Below, piece by piece: positions 1 through 8,215 of a stretch of DNA of 64,000 nucleotides. The notes below the pieces were generated by a model. The model made no database searches and was not told the DNA's origin. It was given only the letters and a program-made list of their open reading frames with translations. A program made the translations under genes and the position numbers. The stretch is from Deltaproteobacteria bacterium (lineage in GTDB: Bacteria > Myxococcota_A > Polyangia > HGW-17 > JAJRWW01), in contig JAOZUO010000004.1 in the NCBI GenBank assembly GCA_029938605.1, positions 23,048-87,047 on the forward strand. The letters run 5' to 3'. The number at the start of each line of letters is the position of its first letter. Positions within the stretch are counted from its first letter, which is position 1.

Positions 1-740
1 GCCGTGAGCCAGGGGAACAGCGACGCGTTCTCGATGGGATCCCAGCCCCACCAGCCGCCCCAGTCGATGAGTCCGTAGGCCCAGAGCATGCCGAGCACTA
101 GACCTATGCCCAGGAAGATCCAGGTGGAGATGATCCACGGACGCATGATCCGTAGCCAGTCCTCCTCGTCCTGTCCGGGGCGGCTCGGGCGGATCAGCGC
201 GGCCACGCAGTAGGCGAAGGGCACGGTGGTGCCGATGTAGCCCAGGTACTGCGCCGGCGGGTGGAAGAGCATCCACGGATTTCGCAGCATGGGGCGCATG
301 CCGTTGCCGATCAGGGGTGTCTCCACCAGGTACTCGTTGAAGGGGGTCTTTTGGAAGAGCAGCAGGTACAAAAAGAACCCCAGCACCATCATCAGCACCG
401 CGGTGGCGTGGGGTGTGAGGTCCGGCAGGGTCTTGTAGTGCAGCCGCACGGCCAGGGCCGACGCGAGGCTCAGGATCCAGGCCCAGAAGAGGATGGAGCC
501 CTCCAGGTCCACCCACAGCAGGGTGATCTTGAAGTGTGCGGGCAGGGACCGGCTGGAGCTGGTCTGCACCATGCGCACGAGAAAGTCGTTGCTGTAGATG
601 AGCGCCATGAGCACCACCACCGCCAGGGTCACCAGGGCGGCGGTGGCGTAGACGGAGCGGCGCGACAGACGGATCAGATCCTGCGACCCGATACGCTGGC
701 CCCAGATGCCGGCGGCGGCAGCCAGGCCGGCCATCAGCAT
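1..740 (-). CDS. ccmF: Cytochrome c-type biogenesis protein CcmF (System I heme lyase subunit), N-terminal ~245 aa; gene continues beyond window start
   Basis: The minus-strand translation (not in the ORF track because there is no stop in the window) reads MLMAGLAAAAGIWGQ...NPWMLFHPPAQYLGYIGTTVPFAYCVAAL...WIFLGIGLVLGMLWAYGLIDWGGWWGWDPIENASLFPWL. This matches the CcmF N-terminal region and its tryptophan-rich WWD motif (WGGWWFWDPVENAS in E. coli CcmF). The start is placed at the ATG at 740..738 and is approximate. Confidence 0.7.
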   Translation of the reverse strand, partial: MLMAGLAAAAGIWGQRIGSQDLIRLSRRSVYATAALVTLAVVVLMALIYSNDFLVRMVQTSSSRSLPAHFKITLLWVDLEGSILFWAWILSLASALAVRLHYKTLPDLTPHATAVLMMVLGFFLYLLLFQKTPFNEYLVETPLIGNGMRPMLRNPWMLFHPPAQYLGYIGTTVPFAYCVAALIRPSRPGQDEEDWLRIMRPWIISTWIFLGIGLVLGMLWAYGLIDWGGWWGWDPIENASLFPWLT

Positions 741-1037
741 TGCGAGCTGGAGGGCGACGTTTCCTAGGGTAGACAACGGGTTTTCCTTAGCTGATGTGTC
801 TGGTGGTTACAGTCCACAATGGTCCAGCGTGGTCCTACGCCGTGTATCCTAACCTCTGATTTTCGATAGGAAAGGGGTTTATCGTCTACAACTTCGTTTT
901 TCTGGGTACTGTGTCTGTCTCACCGGTGTAAATAACTGGTATCTCACTGGGCCTACGTGGTTTACCCGGAGAAGGGGGAAATCCTGCGGAGAGACTGCGT
1001 ATTGCCCCGTGGCCCAGGCGATGCTACAGCAGTACCT

Positions 1038-1451
1038 ATGAGGCGTTCCCTACTGGTCAAAGTCGGTGTCACGGTTGCGTTGGTGCTCACCGCCGGCGTG
1101 ATCATCGTCTACACGGCGAGTAAGTCTTCTGGGCTGTTTCGCTTCGTGGACGAGGTGCGCGCCCAGGAGAAGTCGCTCGAGGGGCGGGACGTGTGGATGG
1201 CCGGGACCCTGGAGCCGACCACCCACAAGGTGCGGTCCGTGCGGGGACAGCGCCAGGAGCATAAGTTCTTCCTCAAGCACCGCGGCGCCCGCATCGAGGT
1301 CCGCTACACCGGCTCCATGCCCGCCAACGCCAAGGCGGGCCAGCAGCTCGTGGTCCTGGGCAAGGTCACAGGCAAGGGCCTGTTTCGCGCTCGGGAGATC
1401 CGCACCAAGTGCCCCTCCAAGTACAAGTCCCAATACGAAGCCCGCAAATAA
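1038..1451 (+). CDS. ccmE: Cytochrome c maturation heme chaperone CcmE, CxxxY variant
   Basis: ORF 957..1451; the likely start is the internal ATG at 1038, just before an N-terminal TM helix (LLVKVGVTVALVLTAGVIIVY). The periplasmic OB-fold region matches the CcmE pattern (RDVWMAGTLEPTTHKV...EVRYTGSMPANAKAGQQLVVLGKV...REIRTKCPSKYK). The heme-binding motif is C-P-S-K-Y, not the canonical HxxxY. Confidence 0.7.
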   Translation: MRRSLLVKVGVTVALVLTAGVIIVYTASKSSGLFRFVDEVRAQEKSLEGRDVWMAGTLEPTTHKVRSVRGQRQEHKFFLKHRGARIEVRYTGSMPANAKAGQQLVVLGKVTGKGLFRAREIRTKCPSKYKSQYEARK

Positions 1452-1473
1452 GTAGGACCGGACCCGTTTGGAG

Positions 1474-1731
1474 TTAGTCTTTGCGGTCGTCGCGGTCCAG
1501 GCGCGCCTGGAGCTGGCGTCCGAGCGCCTGGGCTTCGGCGTCGACGCGGTGTTGGCCGGTGGCCATCCAGGCGATCCAGCCCACCAGCCCGAGCCACAGC
1601 GTGGCGTATAGGACTACCAGTAGCGTTGGCGAGGGGAGGGCCTCGGACGCCTGGTCAAGACCCTTGGCGAGGGCCCAGAGGATGTTCGCCAGAACGGTGT
1701 TCGCCTGGACGGTGTTCGCCAGGACCATCAT
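1474..1731 (-). CDS. Small single-TM membrane protein, hypothetical; overlaps the ccmH stop by 4 nt
   Basis: 85-aa ORF with one hydrophobic helix (LLVVLYATLWLGLVGWIAWMA) and a 15-bp in-frame repeat at its N-terminus (ANTVQANTVLAN). Placement is by operon context only. Confidence 0.3.
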   Translation of the reverse strand: MMVLANTVQANTVLANILWALAKGLDQASEALPSPTLLVVLYATLWLGLVGWIAWMATGQHRVDAEAQALGRQLQARLDRDDRKD

Positions 1732-2270
1732 CCCGGGGCCGTCGATGGGTGACCGGTCTTGGGTTTTGAGGACGGGGCTTTTCCCGCTACGAGGGCGTCG
1801 ATGCGCTCTTCGAGCTCGGCCGGGATTTTGAAATCCTTGGGCAGGTTCTGGTCGGGTCCGGCCGAGGGCGCCCGCTTGCGGGTCATGAGCACAGTCATCA
1901 CCAGCAGGCCGATGAAGGCCAGCCCGAAGGGGACGCCGTACAACACAAAGCCGGAGAGTCCGCCTCCGGGGGGCTCGACGAGCACGGCCTGTCCGTACTT
2001 CTTTTTATAGTGGGCCAGGATCTGCTTCTGGGACTTGCCCTTGGAGAGCATGGTGCGGATGTCGGCGCGCATCTTCACGGCCAGGCCGGAGTTGTGGTCC
2101 GCCAGGGTGCCTTTGTAGCAACACGGGACCGTGAGCAGCTTCTCGATGCGTTTGGCTCGGTTCTCTACGTCGCGTTTCTTCGCGTCCGCGGCCGAGCCGC
2201 CGGCCAGGGCGTCGGGCGCCATGAAGGTCAAAGTAAACAGTGCCAATGGGAGAGTAAGGGCGCGGTTCAA
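1728..2270 (-). CDS. ccmH: Cytochrome c-type biogenesis protein CcmH/NrfF family, with signal peptide and C-terminal TM anchor
   Basis: The ORF runs to 2300 from a TTG; a better signal peptide (MNRALTLPLALFTLTFMAPDALA) starts from the TTG at 2270. VPCCYKGTLADHNSGLAVKMRADIRTMLSKGKSQKQILAHYKKKYGQAVLVEPP matches the CcmH thioredoxin-motif region (LRCxxCQNQSxADSNAP...) but with vicinal CC in place of CxxC. A C-terminal TM helix (FVLYGVPFGLAFIGLLVMTVLMT) is present. Confidence 0.6.
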   Translation of the reverse strand: MNRALTLPLALFTLTFMAPDALAGGSAADAKKRDVENRAKRIEKLLTVPCCYKGTLADHNSGLAVKMRADIRTMLSKGKSQKQILAHYKKKYGQAVLVEPPGGGLSGFVLYGVPFGLAFIGLLVMTVLMTRKRAPSAGPDQNLPKDFKIPAELEERIDALVAGKAPSSKPKTGHPSTAPG

Positions 2271-2351
2271 GGGATCGCTCCAAGGTAGTCCAGCCCACAA
2301 CCTAACACGTCATCGGCCGGAGTAAAGGCCACAGGGGTCTGGGTACTTGTC

Positions 2352-3245
2352 TTACCGCCGACGGCGATAGCCGGGCCTTGGGTGCTTTGTATAGATTTTT
2401 CGAAAGGAGTGGTTCCGGAGCTCGTACAGTATCTTGCGGGGCGCTGGGGCCAGGCACCGAGCACGTCGGGCGGGGAGGTCGTCCTGCCTGGTTCCTCTCA
2501 AGATCGTCTTTCCTCCTTTTTGCTCGATTCGGAGGTTGGATATGCTGTGGCCGCCGAAACCATCGGCGCTTCGTCGGCGTATGGTGAGCAGCAGGGTGTT
2601 GCGCCAGATGGCGCCCACCGGTACGAGCAGTAGATCCTGCCAGGACTCGGTGCCGGTGTGTCGGGAGGTTCCGAGGCCCAACCGGCCATTGCGGGGAGTG
2701 GGGCTCTTTTTGTGCAGGCGTTTGAAGCTAATTTTCAGTACGAGGATAGGGGTTTTCATGCCGCGGGCCCTGGCGTATCGCCAGGAGATGCGCCTGGAGC
2801 CGGGCCTCGATGGTTTGGCGAGATCGATGAGCTCGTGCAGGTGTACATCGTAGGCTTCCGTGAAACGGCGCGAAGCTGTCGGTGAGCCGTCCGGGGGTAC
2901 CAGGACGATGAGGTCCTGGCCCTTGTGGCGGAGCCAGCCCACGTATGCGACTACGCGGCCATCGACGTGGATGGATTTGACCTTTTTGATGGAGGCGATG
3001 GGTAGCCGGGATCCCTTCGCGACGATGTCGGCGAACTTCACGGTGACCGGCCCAGGTGTCTTTGTGACGGGGCGCATGACGACGCCCATGACGGGGCGTT
3101 TGACGGCGCCCACGAGGGGGCGCTTGTCGCTTGTGAGCTTCACAGGCTCTGACTGGGGTCGTGGCCCCTGTTTTTGCGTCGAGCACGAGGGGCTCGTCAT
3201 GGAGACGAGCACGGCGACGAGGCTAGAAGCATGGGGTCCAGTCAT
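2352..3245 (-). CDS. Hypothetical protein; the N-terminal ~200 aa look protein-like, the Arg-rich C-terminal third is dubious
   Basis: 297-aa ORF. The central segment (KFADIVAKGSRLPIASIKKVKSIHVDGRVVAYVGWLRHKGQDLIVLVPPDGSPTASRRFTEAYDVHLHELIDL) is compositionally typical of a real domain. The tail is R/P-rich and may be a frame artefact. No family recognised. Confidence 0.3.
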   Translation of the reverse strand: MTGPHASSLVAVLVSMTSPSCSTQKQGPRPQSEPVKLTSDKRPLVGAVKRPVMGVVMRPVTKTPGPVTVKFADIVAKGSRLPIASIKKVKSIHVDGRVVAYVGWLRHKGQDLIVLVPPDGSPTASRRFTEAYDVHLHELIDLAKPSRPGSRRISWRYARARGMKTPILVLKISFKRLHKKSPTPRNGRLGLGTSRHTGTESWQDLLLVPVGAIWRNTLLLTIRRRSADGFGGHSISNLRIEQKGGKTILRGTRQDDLPARRARCLAPAPRKILYELRNHSFRKIYTKHPRPGYRRRR

Positions 3246-3257
3246 AAGCGGACCTCC

Positions 3258-4703
3258 TTACAACGACAGCTTCTGAATGGTCCCATCTCCCCAATTCGTC
3301 CAGTATAGGCTCGTGGAGTCGATGGCGAGGTACTTGGGGGAGCCCTGTCCCGAGGCCAGGATGGTGCGCGAACCGCCCCCAACAGGGATGCGAGAGATCT
3401 CACCGGCGGTTGAATCGGACCAGTAGAGGAATCCGCCGTCGAGCAGAAGATGGTACGCGGATACTCCACCGGAAAACAGCGTGGTTACCGCGCCGCCGGC
3501 CAACGGGACCATCCTCACGGAACCGTCGCCGTTGCAGATGAAGTAGGCGTGGGTGGCGTCCAGGACGATCCAGTAGGGGCTGGGAACTCCAGAGGCGATG
3601 GTGGTGGCGGCCCCGCCCCCTATGGGAGCTCGCCTGACGGCGTCGTCGTCGATGCTCGTCCAGTAGATGTGGGTGGCGTTTACGGCGGGGCCGAAGGGAG
3701 AGGACTGATCGGTGGCGATGATGGTCGGGGTACCGACGCCGTTCAGCGGAACGCGCTGGACGGTGTCTCCGAAGTAGGTCGTGAAGTAGGCGTACTGGGT
3801 ATCGACCAGGAGCCCGATCGGACAGTCAAGGGTGTCCGCGATGGTTTGGGGCGAGGCGGAGCCGTTCACTGGGAGGCGCACGATCGAGCCGGTGTCTGTT
3901 TTGGCGTTCGACCAGTAGACGTAACCCTCGATCACATTGACGCCGGTGGGATCGTCCTGGCTACTTGCGAGCAGATCGACGGTTCCACCGCTCTTGGCGA
4001 CTCGCTTAATCTCTCCCGCCTCGGAGTTGGCCCAGAAGACGTGGGTTGAGTCCACGGCAATGCCCCATGGAGAGTACTGAGAGTCGGCCAGGGTGACGAT
4101 CGTCCATCCGCAGTCGTCGTGGCAGTTGTCCGGGAGCTCTCCCTTGGTGGTCTCGCAGATCCCATCGCCGCAAGTGAAGCACCCGGAGAGGTCCAGCTCA
4201 CACAGCGAGGTGCAGCTTAGAGAGCCCCCGGTGGCGCCGAGCTGGGCGCAGGTATTGCCCCCCAGGTTTGGCCCATCGCACATCTCGGGACCCTCGACGT
4301 TGGCGTTTCCGCAGGTGTAGCAGTCAGTATAATTCACCAGGCAATCTGTAGTGCACGATAGGGTGCCCTGGGTCAAACCGAGCCCGGATAAGCAGGTCTG
4401 TCCTCCGAAGTCGCTTCCGTCGCAAAGCTCGTTGGAATCGAGCACATCGTTGCCACATAGGAGGCCACCGTCGGTTGTCTGGGCGTCGGTCGTCTGGGCG
4501 TCGCTCGCATTTGCGTCCGTCGCCAGGGCGTCCCCCTGTCCACCGTCGGTTTGGAGAGGGTTGCTGAACGACACGACGCACCCCGATGATAGGAGTACGC
4601 CGTAGACAAGAAGCACCCACGGGGAAGGCAACGGCTTGTTTGGTGCATCGGAGTGGGTTTTGCAGCGAGTTTTTCTTATTGATATGTTGAATAGCCGAAT
4701 CAT
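3258..4703 (-). CDS. Secreted lipoprotein: Myxococcus cysteine-rich repeats followed by a six-bladed YWTD-type beta-propeller
   Basis: Lipobox LLSSGC. There are three or four CGNDxLDxxELCDGxxxGGxTC units of the myxobacterial C-GDG...E-CDDGN repeat class. Six propeller blades follow, each with an aromatic-W motif (HVFWANSEAGEIKRV, YVYWSN, AYFTT, HIYWTS, AYFICN, FLYWSDSTAGEISRI, SLYWTNWGDGTIQKL). Confidence 0.75.
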   Translation of the reverse strand: MIRLFNISIRKTRCKTHSDAPNKPLPSPWVLLVYGVLLSSGCVVSFSNPLQTDGGQGDALATDANASDAQTTDAQTTDGGLLCGNDVLDSNELCDGSDFGGQTCLSGLGLTQGTLSCTTDCLVNYTDCYTCGNANVEGPEMCDGPNLGGNTCAQLGATGGSLSCTSLCELDLSGCFTCGDGICETTKGELPDNCHDDCGWTIVTLADSQYSPWGIAVDSTHVFWANSEAGEIKRVAKSGGTVDLLASSQDDPTGVNVIEGYVYWSNAKTDTGSIVRLPVNGSASPQTIADTLDCPIGLLVDTQYAYFTTYFGDTVQRVPLNGVGTPTIIATDQSSPFGPAVNATHIYWTSIDDDAVRRAPIGGGAATTIASGVPSPYWIVLDATHAYFICNGDGSVRMVPLAGGAVTTLFSGGVSAYHLLLDGGFLYWSDSTAGEISRIPVGGGSRTILASGQGSPKYLAIDSTSLYWTNWGDGTIQKLSL

Positions 4704-4834
4704 TGAAACACTCCCAGACGGTCTTTAAGAAGAGTCCTATCCGTAAGAAAGTCCATGCTGACTTTAGGGCATTTGACTAAGTATGGGGGGTAAGCCGGTA
4801 GGGGGTCAAGCGGTGGATGGAGGGACCCTGTCTT

Positions 4835-6256
4835 CTACACCACTCCGAGCTTTTTGAGCTTGCGTAGAAGGGTGGTGCGGTGGATGCCCAGGTCCTGGGC
4901 GGCGCGGGTGCGGTTGCCGCCGGACCGCTCGAGGGCGGTGAGGATCGCGTCCCGTTCGATCATGCCCAGTCCGCCCCAGACCTGTGGGGAGGCGGCGCCT
5001 GGTATGGACCCGGAGGCGTCTTTACGTAGGGGGGTGGCGAACAGGTGCGGAGGCAGGTGCTCGGGTCCTATGCGCGCGGAGCGGCACAGGACCACGGCGT
5101 GCTCCATGGCGTTCTCCAGCTCGCGGATGTTGCCGGGCCAGGGGTAGCGTACGAGCGCCGCGAGGGCTTCGGGCGATACGCCGTCGATGGCTCTGTGCGA
5201 AGCTCCCGCCAGGCGACGGACGAAGTGGCGCACCAGCAGGGGGATGTCTTCGGTGCGGCCCCGCAAGGGCGGCAGGGGGATCTCGATGATGTGGATGCGG
5301 TAGAATAGATCCTCTCGGAACCGCTTCTCCGCTACGGCTTGACGCAGATCCACGTGGGTGGCGGCGATGATCCGCACGTCGGCGCTGACCGTCTCGGTGG
5401 CGCCGAGGGGCTCGTACCGGTGGTCCTGCAGGAAGCGGAGCAGCTTCGCTTGGATGGACAGGGGGAGATCGCCCACCTCGTCCAGAAACAGCGTGCCCTG
5501 GTCGGCCTGGGCGATGCGGCCGGGCTTGTCGCGCCGGGCGTCGGTGAAGGCGCCCTTGCGGTAGCCGAACAGCTCTGACTCGATGAGGGTCTCGGGCACG
5601 GCCGCGCAGTTGAAGGCCACGAAGGGGCCCTTGGAGCGTCCGCTCTGGTTGTGCAGGGCGCGGGCCACCAGCTCTTTGCCCGTGCCGCTCTCGCCCGTGA
5701 CCAGCACCGTGGTGCAGGAGTCGGCGATGAGGGGCAGGGTGGCGAAGATGCGCTCCATCTCCGGGTTGCGGCTGATGATGTCCTCGAACTGGTACTGCCC
5801 GTCGAGCTTGCGCTGCAGGGCCTCCATGCCGGAGATGTCCCGGAACATCTCCACGCCGCCGATGAGCGCGCCGTCGGGGGCCACCAGGGGCGACGTGGAT
5901 ACGAGGATGGGGACGGAGCGACCGTCCCGGGTCTGGATGCGTACCTGCTGGCGGCCGATGGACTCCCGCTCCCCCATGGACTGCTTCAACGGGCAGATGC
6001 CGTCGCACAGATCCGTGCGGAAGATCTCGGAGCACTGACGGCCTATGGCCTCCTCGGGGCAGTAGCCGGTGATGAGCTCGGCGCCGCGGTTGAAGGAGGT
6101 GATCCGCGTGGACTCGTCCACGGTGAAGATGCCCTGGTCAATGGCGTCCAGGATGAGGGGCACGTAGCGATGGTCGAACGGATCGGGCACAGCATCACCT
6201 TGTGTGAAAAAGTAGCATAGGTGAAATCGTAGCAATTTGCATCGATAGTGATGCAT
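4835..6256 (-). CDS. Sigma-54-dependent transcriptional activator (PAS sensor - AAA+ sigma-54 interaction - Fis-type HTH)
   Basis: PAS-like N-terminus (IFTVDESTRITSFNRGAELITGY), Walker A GESGTGKELVARALH, ESELFGY (GAFTGA-type) motif and C-terminal HTH (RTRAAQDLGIHRTTLLRKLKKLG). The exact start is uncertain; an in-frame GTG lies downstream of the listed ATG. Confidence 0.85.
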   Translation of the reverse strand: MHHYRCKLLRFHLCYFFTQGDAVPDPFDHRYVPLILDAIDQGIFTVDESTRITSFNRGAELITGYCPEEAIGRQCSEIFRTDLCDGICPLKQSMGERESIGRQQVRIQTRDGRSVPILVSTSPLVAPDGALIGGVEMFRDISGMEALQRKLDGQYQFEDIISRNPEMERIFATLPLIADSCTTVLVTGESGTGKELVARALHNQSGRSKGPFVAFNCAAVPETLIESELFGYRKGAFTDARRDKPGRIAQADQGTLFLDEVGDLPLSIQAKLLRFLQDHRYEPLGATETVSADVRIIAATHVDLRQAVAEKRFREDLFYRIHIIEIPLPPLRGRTEDIPLLVRHFVRRLAGASHRAIDGVSPEALAALVRYPWPGNIRELENAMEHAVVLCRSARIGPEHLPPHLFATPLRKDASGSIPGAASPQVWGGLGMIERDAILTALERSGGNRTRAAQDLGIHRTTLLRKLKKLGVV

Positions 6257-6375
6257 CAGTGTAGCAGAGTACGTCTATTTATGCAATAGCCAAGGGGGAG
6301 ATTGAAAGGGAGGCGGATTGTGTAACCAACTGAAACTATGTCGAAACTACTGAGAGGCGGCGGTGCAGCACCGGG

Positions 6376-6391
6376 CGGTCCGGAATTTGCA
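6376..6391 (+). promoter_or_regulatory. Possible weak sigma-54 (-24/-12) promoter for the downstream Hmc-type operon
   Basis: cGGtccggaatTTGCA satisfies GG-N10-GC with a perfect TTGCA -12 element but a poor -24 context. It lies ~95 nt upstream of the proposed GTG start at 6483 and next to a divergently encoded sigma-54 activator. Confidence 0.25.
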
Positions 6392-6482
6392 CAATGCGCG
6401 GAATGAGCAGAATGAACAGAAACAGCGGAAACAACCGAAAACGCAGAATCTGTGGTGTTCCCGGAAAGGAAGGACGGCGGCG

Positions 6483-6932
6483 GTGAGTGAAGACCGGTCC
6501 AGTACTAACACAGGCTGCCAGGAAGACAAGCCGTTGCAGCATGGCGACGTGGCCTTCAGTACGGGCCAGGCCGCGCGGTATTGCTTCGTCACCGGGGACA
6601 CCATCGTCAACTGGATCAAGAGCGGCTCCCTAAGCGCTCAGAAGACCCCCGGGGGCCAGTACCGCATTCTGGTGACTGTGCTGTACGCCTTCATGCGCGA
6701 GCACGACATGAACACCGCGCTGCTCGAGGCCGAGCATAACGTGCGTCCGCTCTGCATGGAGTTCCATTGTCGTCGGCAGAAGACGCTTGGCTGCTCCGAA
6801 TGCCTGGTCAACCGATCCGGCGCCCAGCGTTGCTGGGAGCTGCGGACCGTGCTGCACGCTTCGGACGCGCGGCCCGGGCGATGCGAGGACTGTGACTACT
6901 TCCGGCGGTACTGCCGCGAGGATGGCCAATGA
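6483..6932 (+). CDS. Excisionase/MerR-type HTH DNA-binding protein with a C-terminal cysteine-rich (8 Cys) domain
   Basis: The ORF is annotated from 6363 but the N-terminal 40 codons are low-complexity and AT-rich; GTG at 6483 is proposed. The HTH segment FSTGQAARYCFVTGDTIVNWIKSGSLSAQKTPGGQYRI resembles excisionase-family DNA-binding domains. The C-terminal domain is CMEFHCRRQKTLGCSECLVN...RCEDCDYFRRYC. The stop overlaps the next gene's start (ATGA). Confidence 0.5.
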   Translation: MSEDRSSTNTGCQEDKPLQHGDVAFSTGQAARYCFVTGDTIVNWIKSGSLSAQKTPGGQYRILVTVLYAFMREHDMNTALLEAEHNVRPLCMEFHCRRQKTLGCSECLVNRSGAQRCWELRTVLHASDARPGRCEDCDYFRRYCREDGQ

Positions 6933-8215
6933 CCGAACGTGAGACCGAACGCGAGACCGGACGCGAGAAATGGAACTGGGACGTAGGCTCCCGCAACGTT
7001 GCCGATCTGGGCAAGCTCCGCGCCGCGTACACCGATGTGCACGAGCTCACGGTCAGCGCCGACGGAGAGCGGGTGGCCGCGCCTGTGGTGGCCGAGGACG
7101 GCTCCTTCAGGGTGGCGGTCAACGGTGAGGTGTGGGAGACCGAGCTGGAGAAGGCTTGGCACCTGAAGTTCACGCCTGATGACCGGCTCACCGCCCTGGT
7201 GCGCGTGGATGACATGTGGACCGTGGCCGTGGAGGGCGAGCTTTGGGAGCAGCGGTATCCCTTCGCCTGGAACACGAAGTTCTCCGCCGATGGGCGCACC
7301 ATCGCCGTGCAGATCAAAGCCGGCATGGAGTACTCCCTGTGCATCAATGACAAGCCCTGGGACCGGAACTTTCTGTCCATCCGGAACTACGCCTTGTCCG
7401 ATGACGGCCGACGGGCGGCCGCCCTGGTGCAGGTGGTGGAGCTCGTCACCGCCGACACCGAGACCTTCGCCGAGGGCACCTGGAGCGTGGCCGTGGACTC
7501 GGAGACCTGGGACGAGAAGTTCATCGGCGTGTGGGCGCCGGTGATCAGCCCCGATGGGGAGCACGTGGCCGTACAGACCCGCACCGAGCGGTTCGCCTAC
7601 ACCATCGCCCTCGATGGCGCCCCGTGGGAGTCCCGGTATGGTTGCGTGTGGGAGCCCGGGTTCAGGCCCCGGGGCGAGGGGCTTTTAGCGCCCGTGCGGA
7701 CCGGGGCCTCCTGGAGCCTGGCCGAGGACGGCGAGCCCCTTTGGAAGACCCCCTACGTGCAGTTGTGGTACGTGCGCTTCTCCCCGGCGGGGGAGCGGGT
7801 GGCCGCGGTGGTGGCCACTGACTTCGGCCGGTGGACCGTGGCGGTGGACGACCGCCCCTGGGGATGCACCTTCGGGGACGTGGTAATGGCGCCGGTGTTC
7901 TCCACCGACGGTAAGCGCGTGGCGGCCGCCGTCAGGCACGAGGGGCGTTGGACCGTGGCGGTGGACGGTGAGCCCTGGTCCCATTGGTTCGACACGGTGT
8001 GGGATCCGGTGGTGGGGGCCGGGCGCGGTCCGGTCCTGGCCAAGGTGAAGAACCAGGGCGCCTATGGTTTGGCCGTGGACGGTCGTGTGGGCGCCCAGCG
8101 GTATGAGCACCTCTGGGATCCGACCTTCAGTCCGGACGGCGACAAGGTCCTGATCCGCGGCGTGCAGAGCGGAAAGTACATCCGGCGGGTCGTCCTGACC
8201 GAGGAGCTGGGATGA
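6929..8215 (+). CDS. Cytoplasmic beta-propeller repeat protein (about nine ~45-aa PD40/TolB-like repeats), translationally coupled to the following NarI-like gene
   Basis: No signal peptide. The repeat unit is FSPDG.RVAA.V...GRWTVAVDGEPW...F..VWDPV, seen nine times (for example FSPAGERVAAVVATDFGRWTVAVDDRPWGCTF and FSTDGKRVAAAVRHEGRWTVAVDGEPWSHWF). The N-terminus carries a 12-bp x3 codon repeat (TERETERETGRE). There are 4-nt ATGA overlaps at both ends. Confidence 0.7.
   Translation: MTERETERETGREKWNWDVGSRNVADLGKLRAAYTDVHELTVSADGERVAAPVVAEDGSFRVAVNGEVWETELEKAWHLKFTPDDRLTALVRVDDMWTVAVEGELWEQRYPFAWNTKFSADGRTIAVQIKAGMEYSLCINDKPWDRNFLSIRNYALSDDGRRAAALVQVVELVTADTETFAEGTWSVAVDSETWDEKFIGVWAPVISPDGEHVAVQTRTERFAYTIALDGAPWESRYGCVWEPGFRPRGEGLLAPVRTGASWSLAEDGEPLWKTPYVQLWYVRFSPAGERVAAVVATDFGRWTVAVDDRPWGCTFGDVVMAPVFSTDGKRVAAAVRHEGRWTVAVDGEPWSHWFDTVWDPVVGAGRGPVLAKVKNQGAYGLAVDGRVGAQRYEHLWDPTFSPDGDKVLIRGVQSGKYIRRVVLTEELG

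Noticed and set aside
261-767. 168-aa plus-strand ORF rich in His/Gln/Gly (…QHHHQHRGG…)
   Set aside because: Low-complexity translation typical of an antisense frame in high-GC DNA. The opposite strand over the same span gives a convincing CcmF N-terminus with the WWD motif.
2728-3186. Alternative minus-strand 152-aa ORF (and several plus-strand ORFs) overlapping the 2352..3245 hypothetical gene
   Set aside because: Arg/Pro/His-rich with no protein-like segments. The 2352..3245 frame is retained only tentatively because its central 80 residues look like a real domain.
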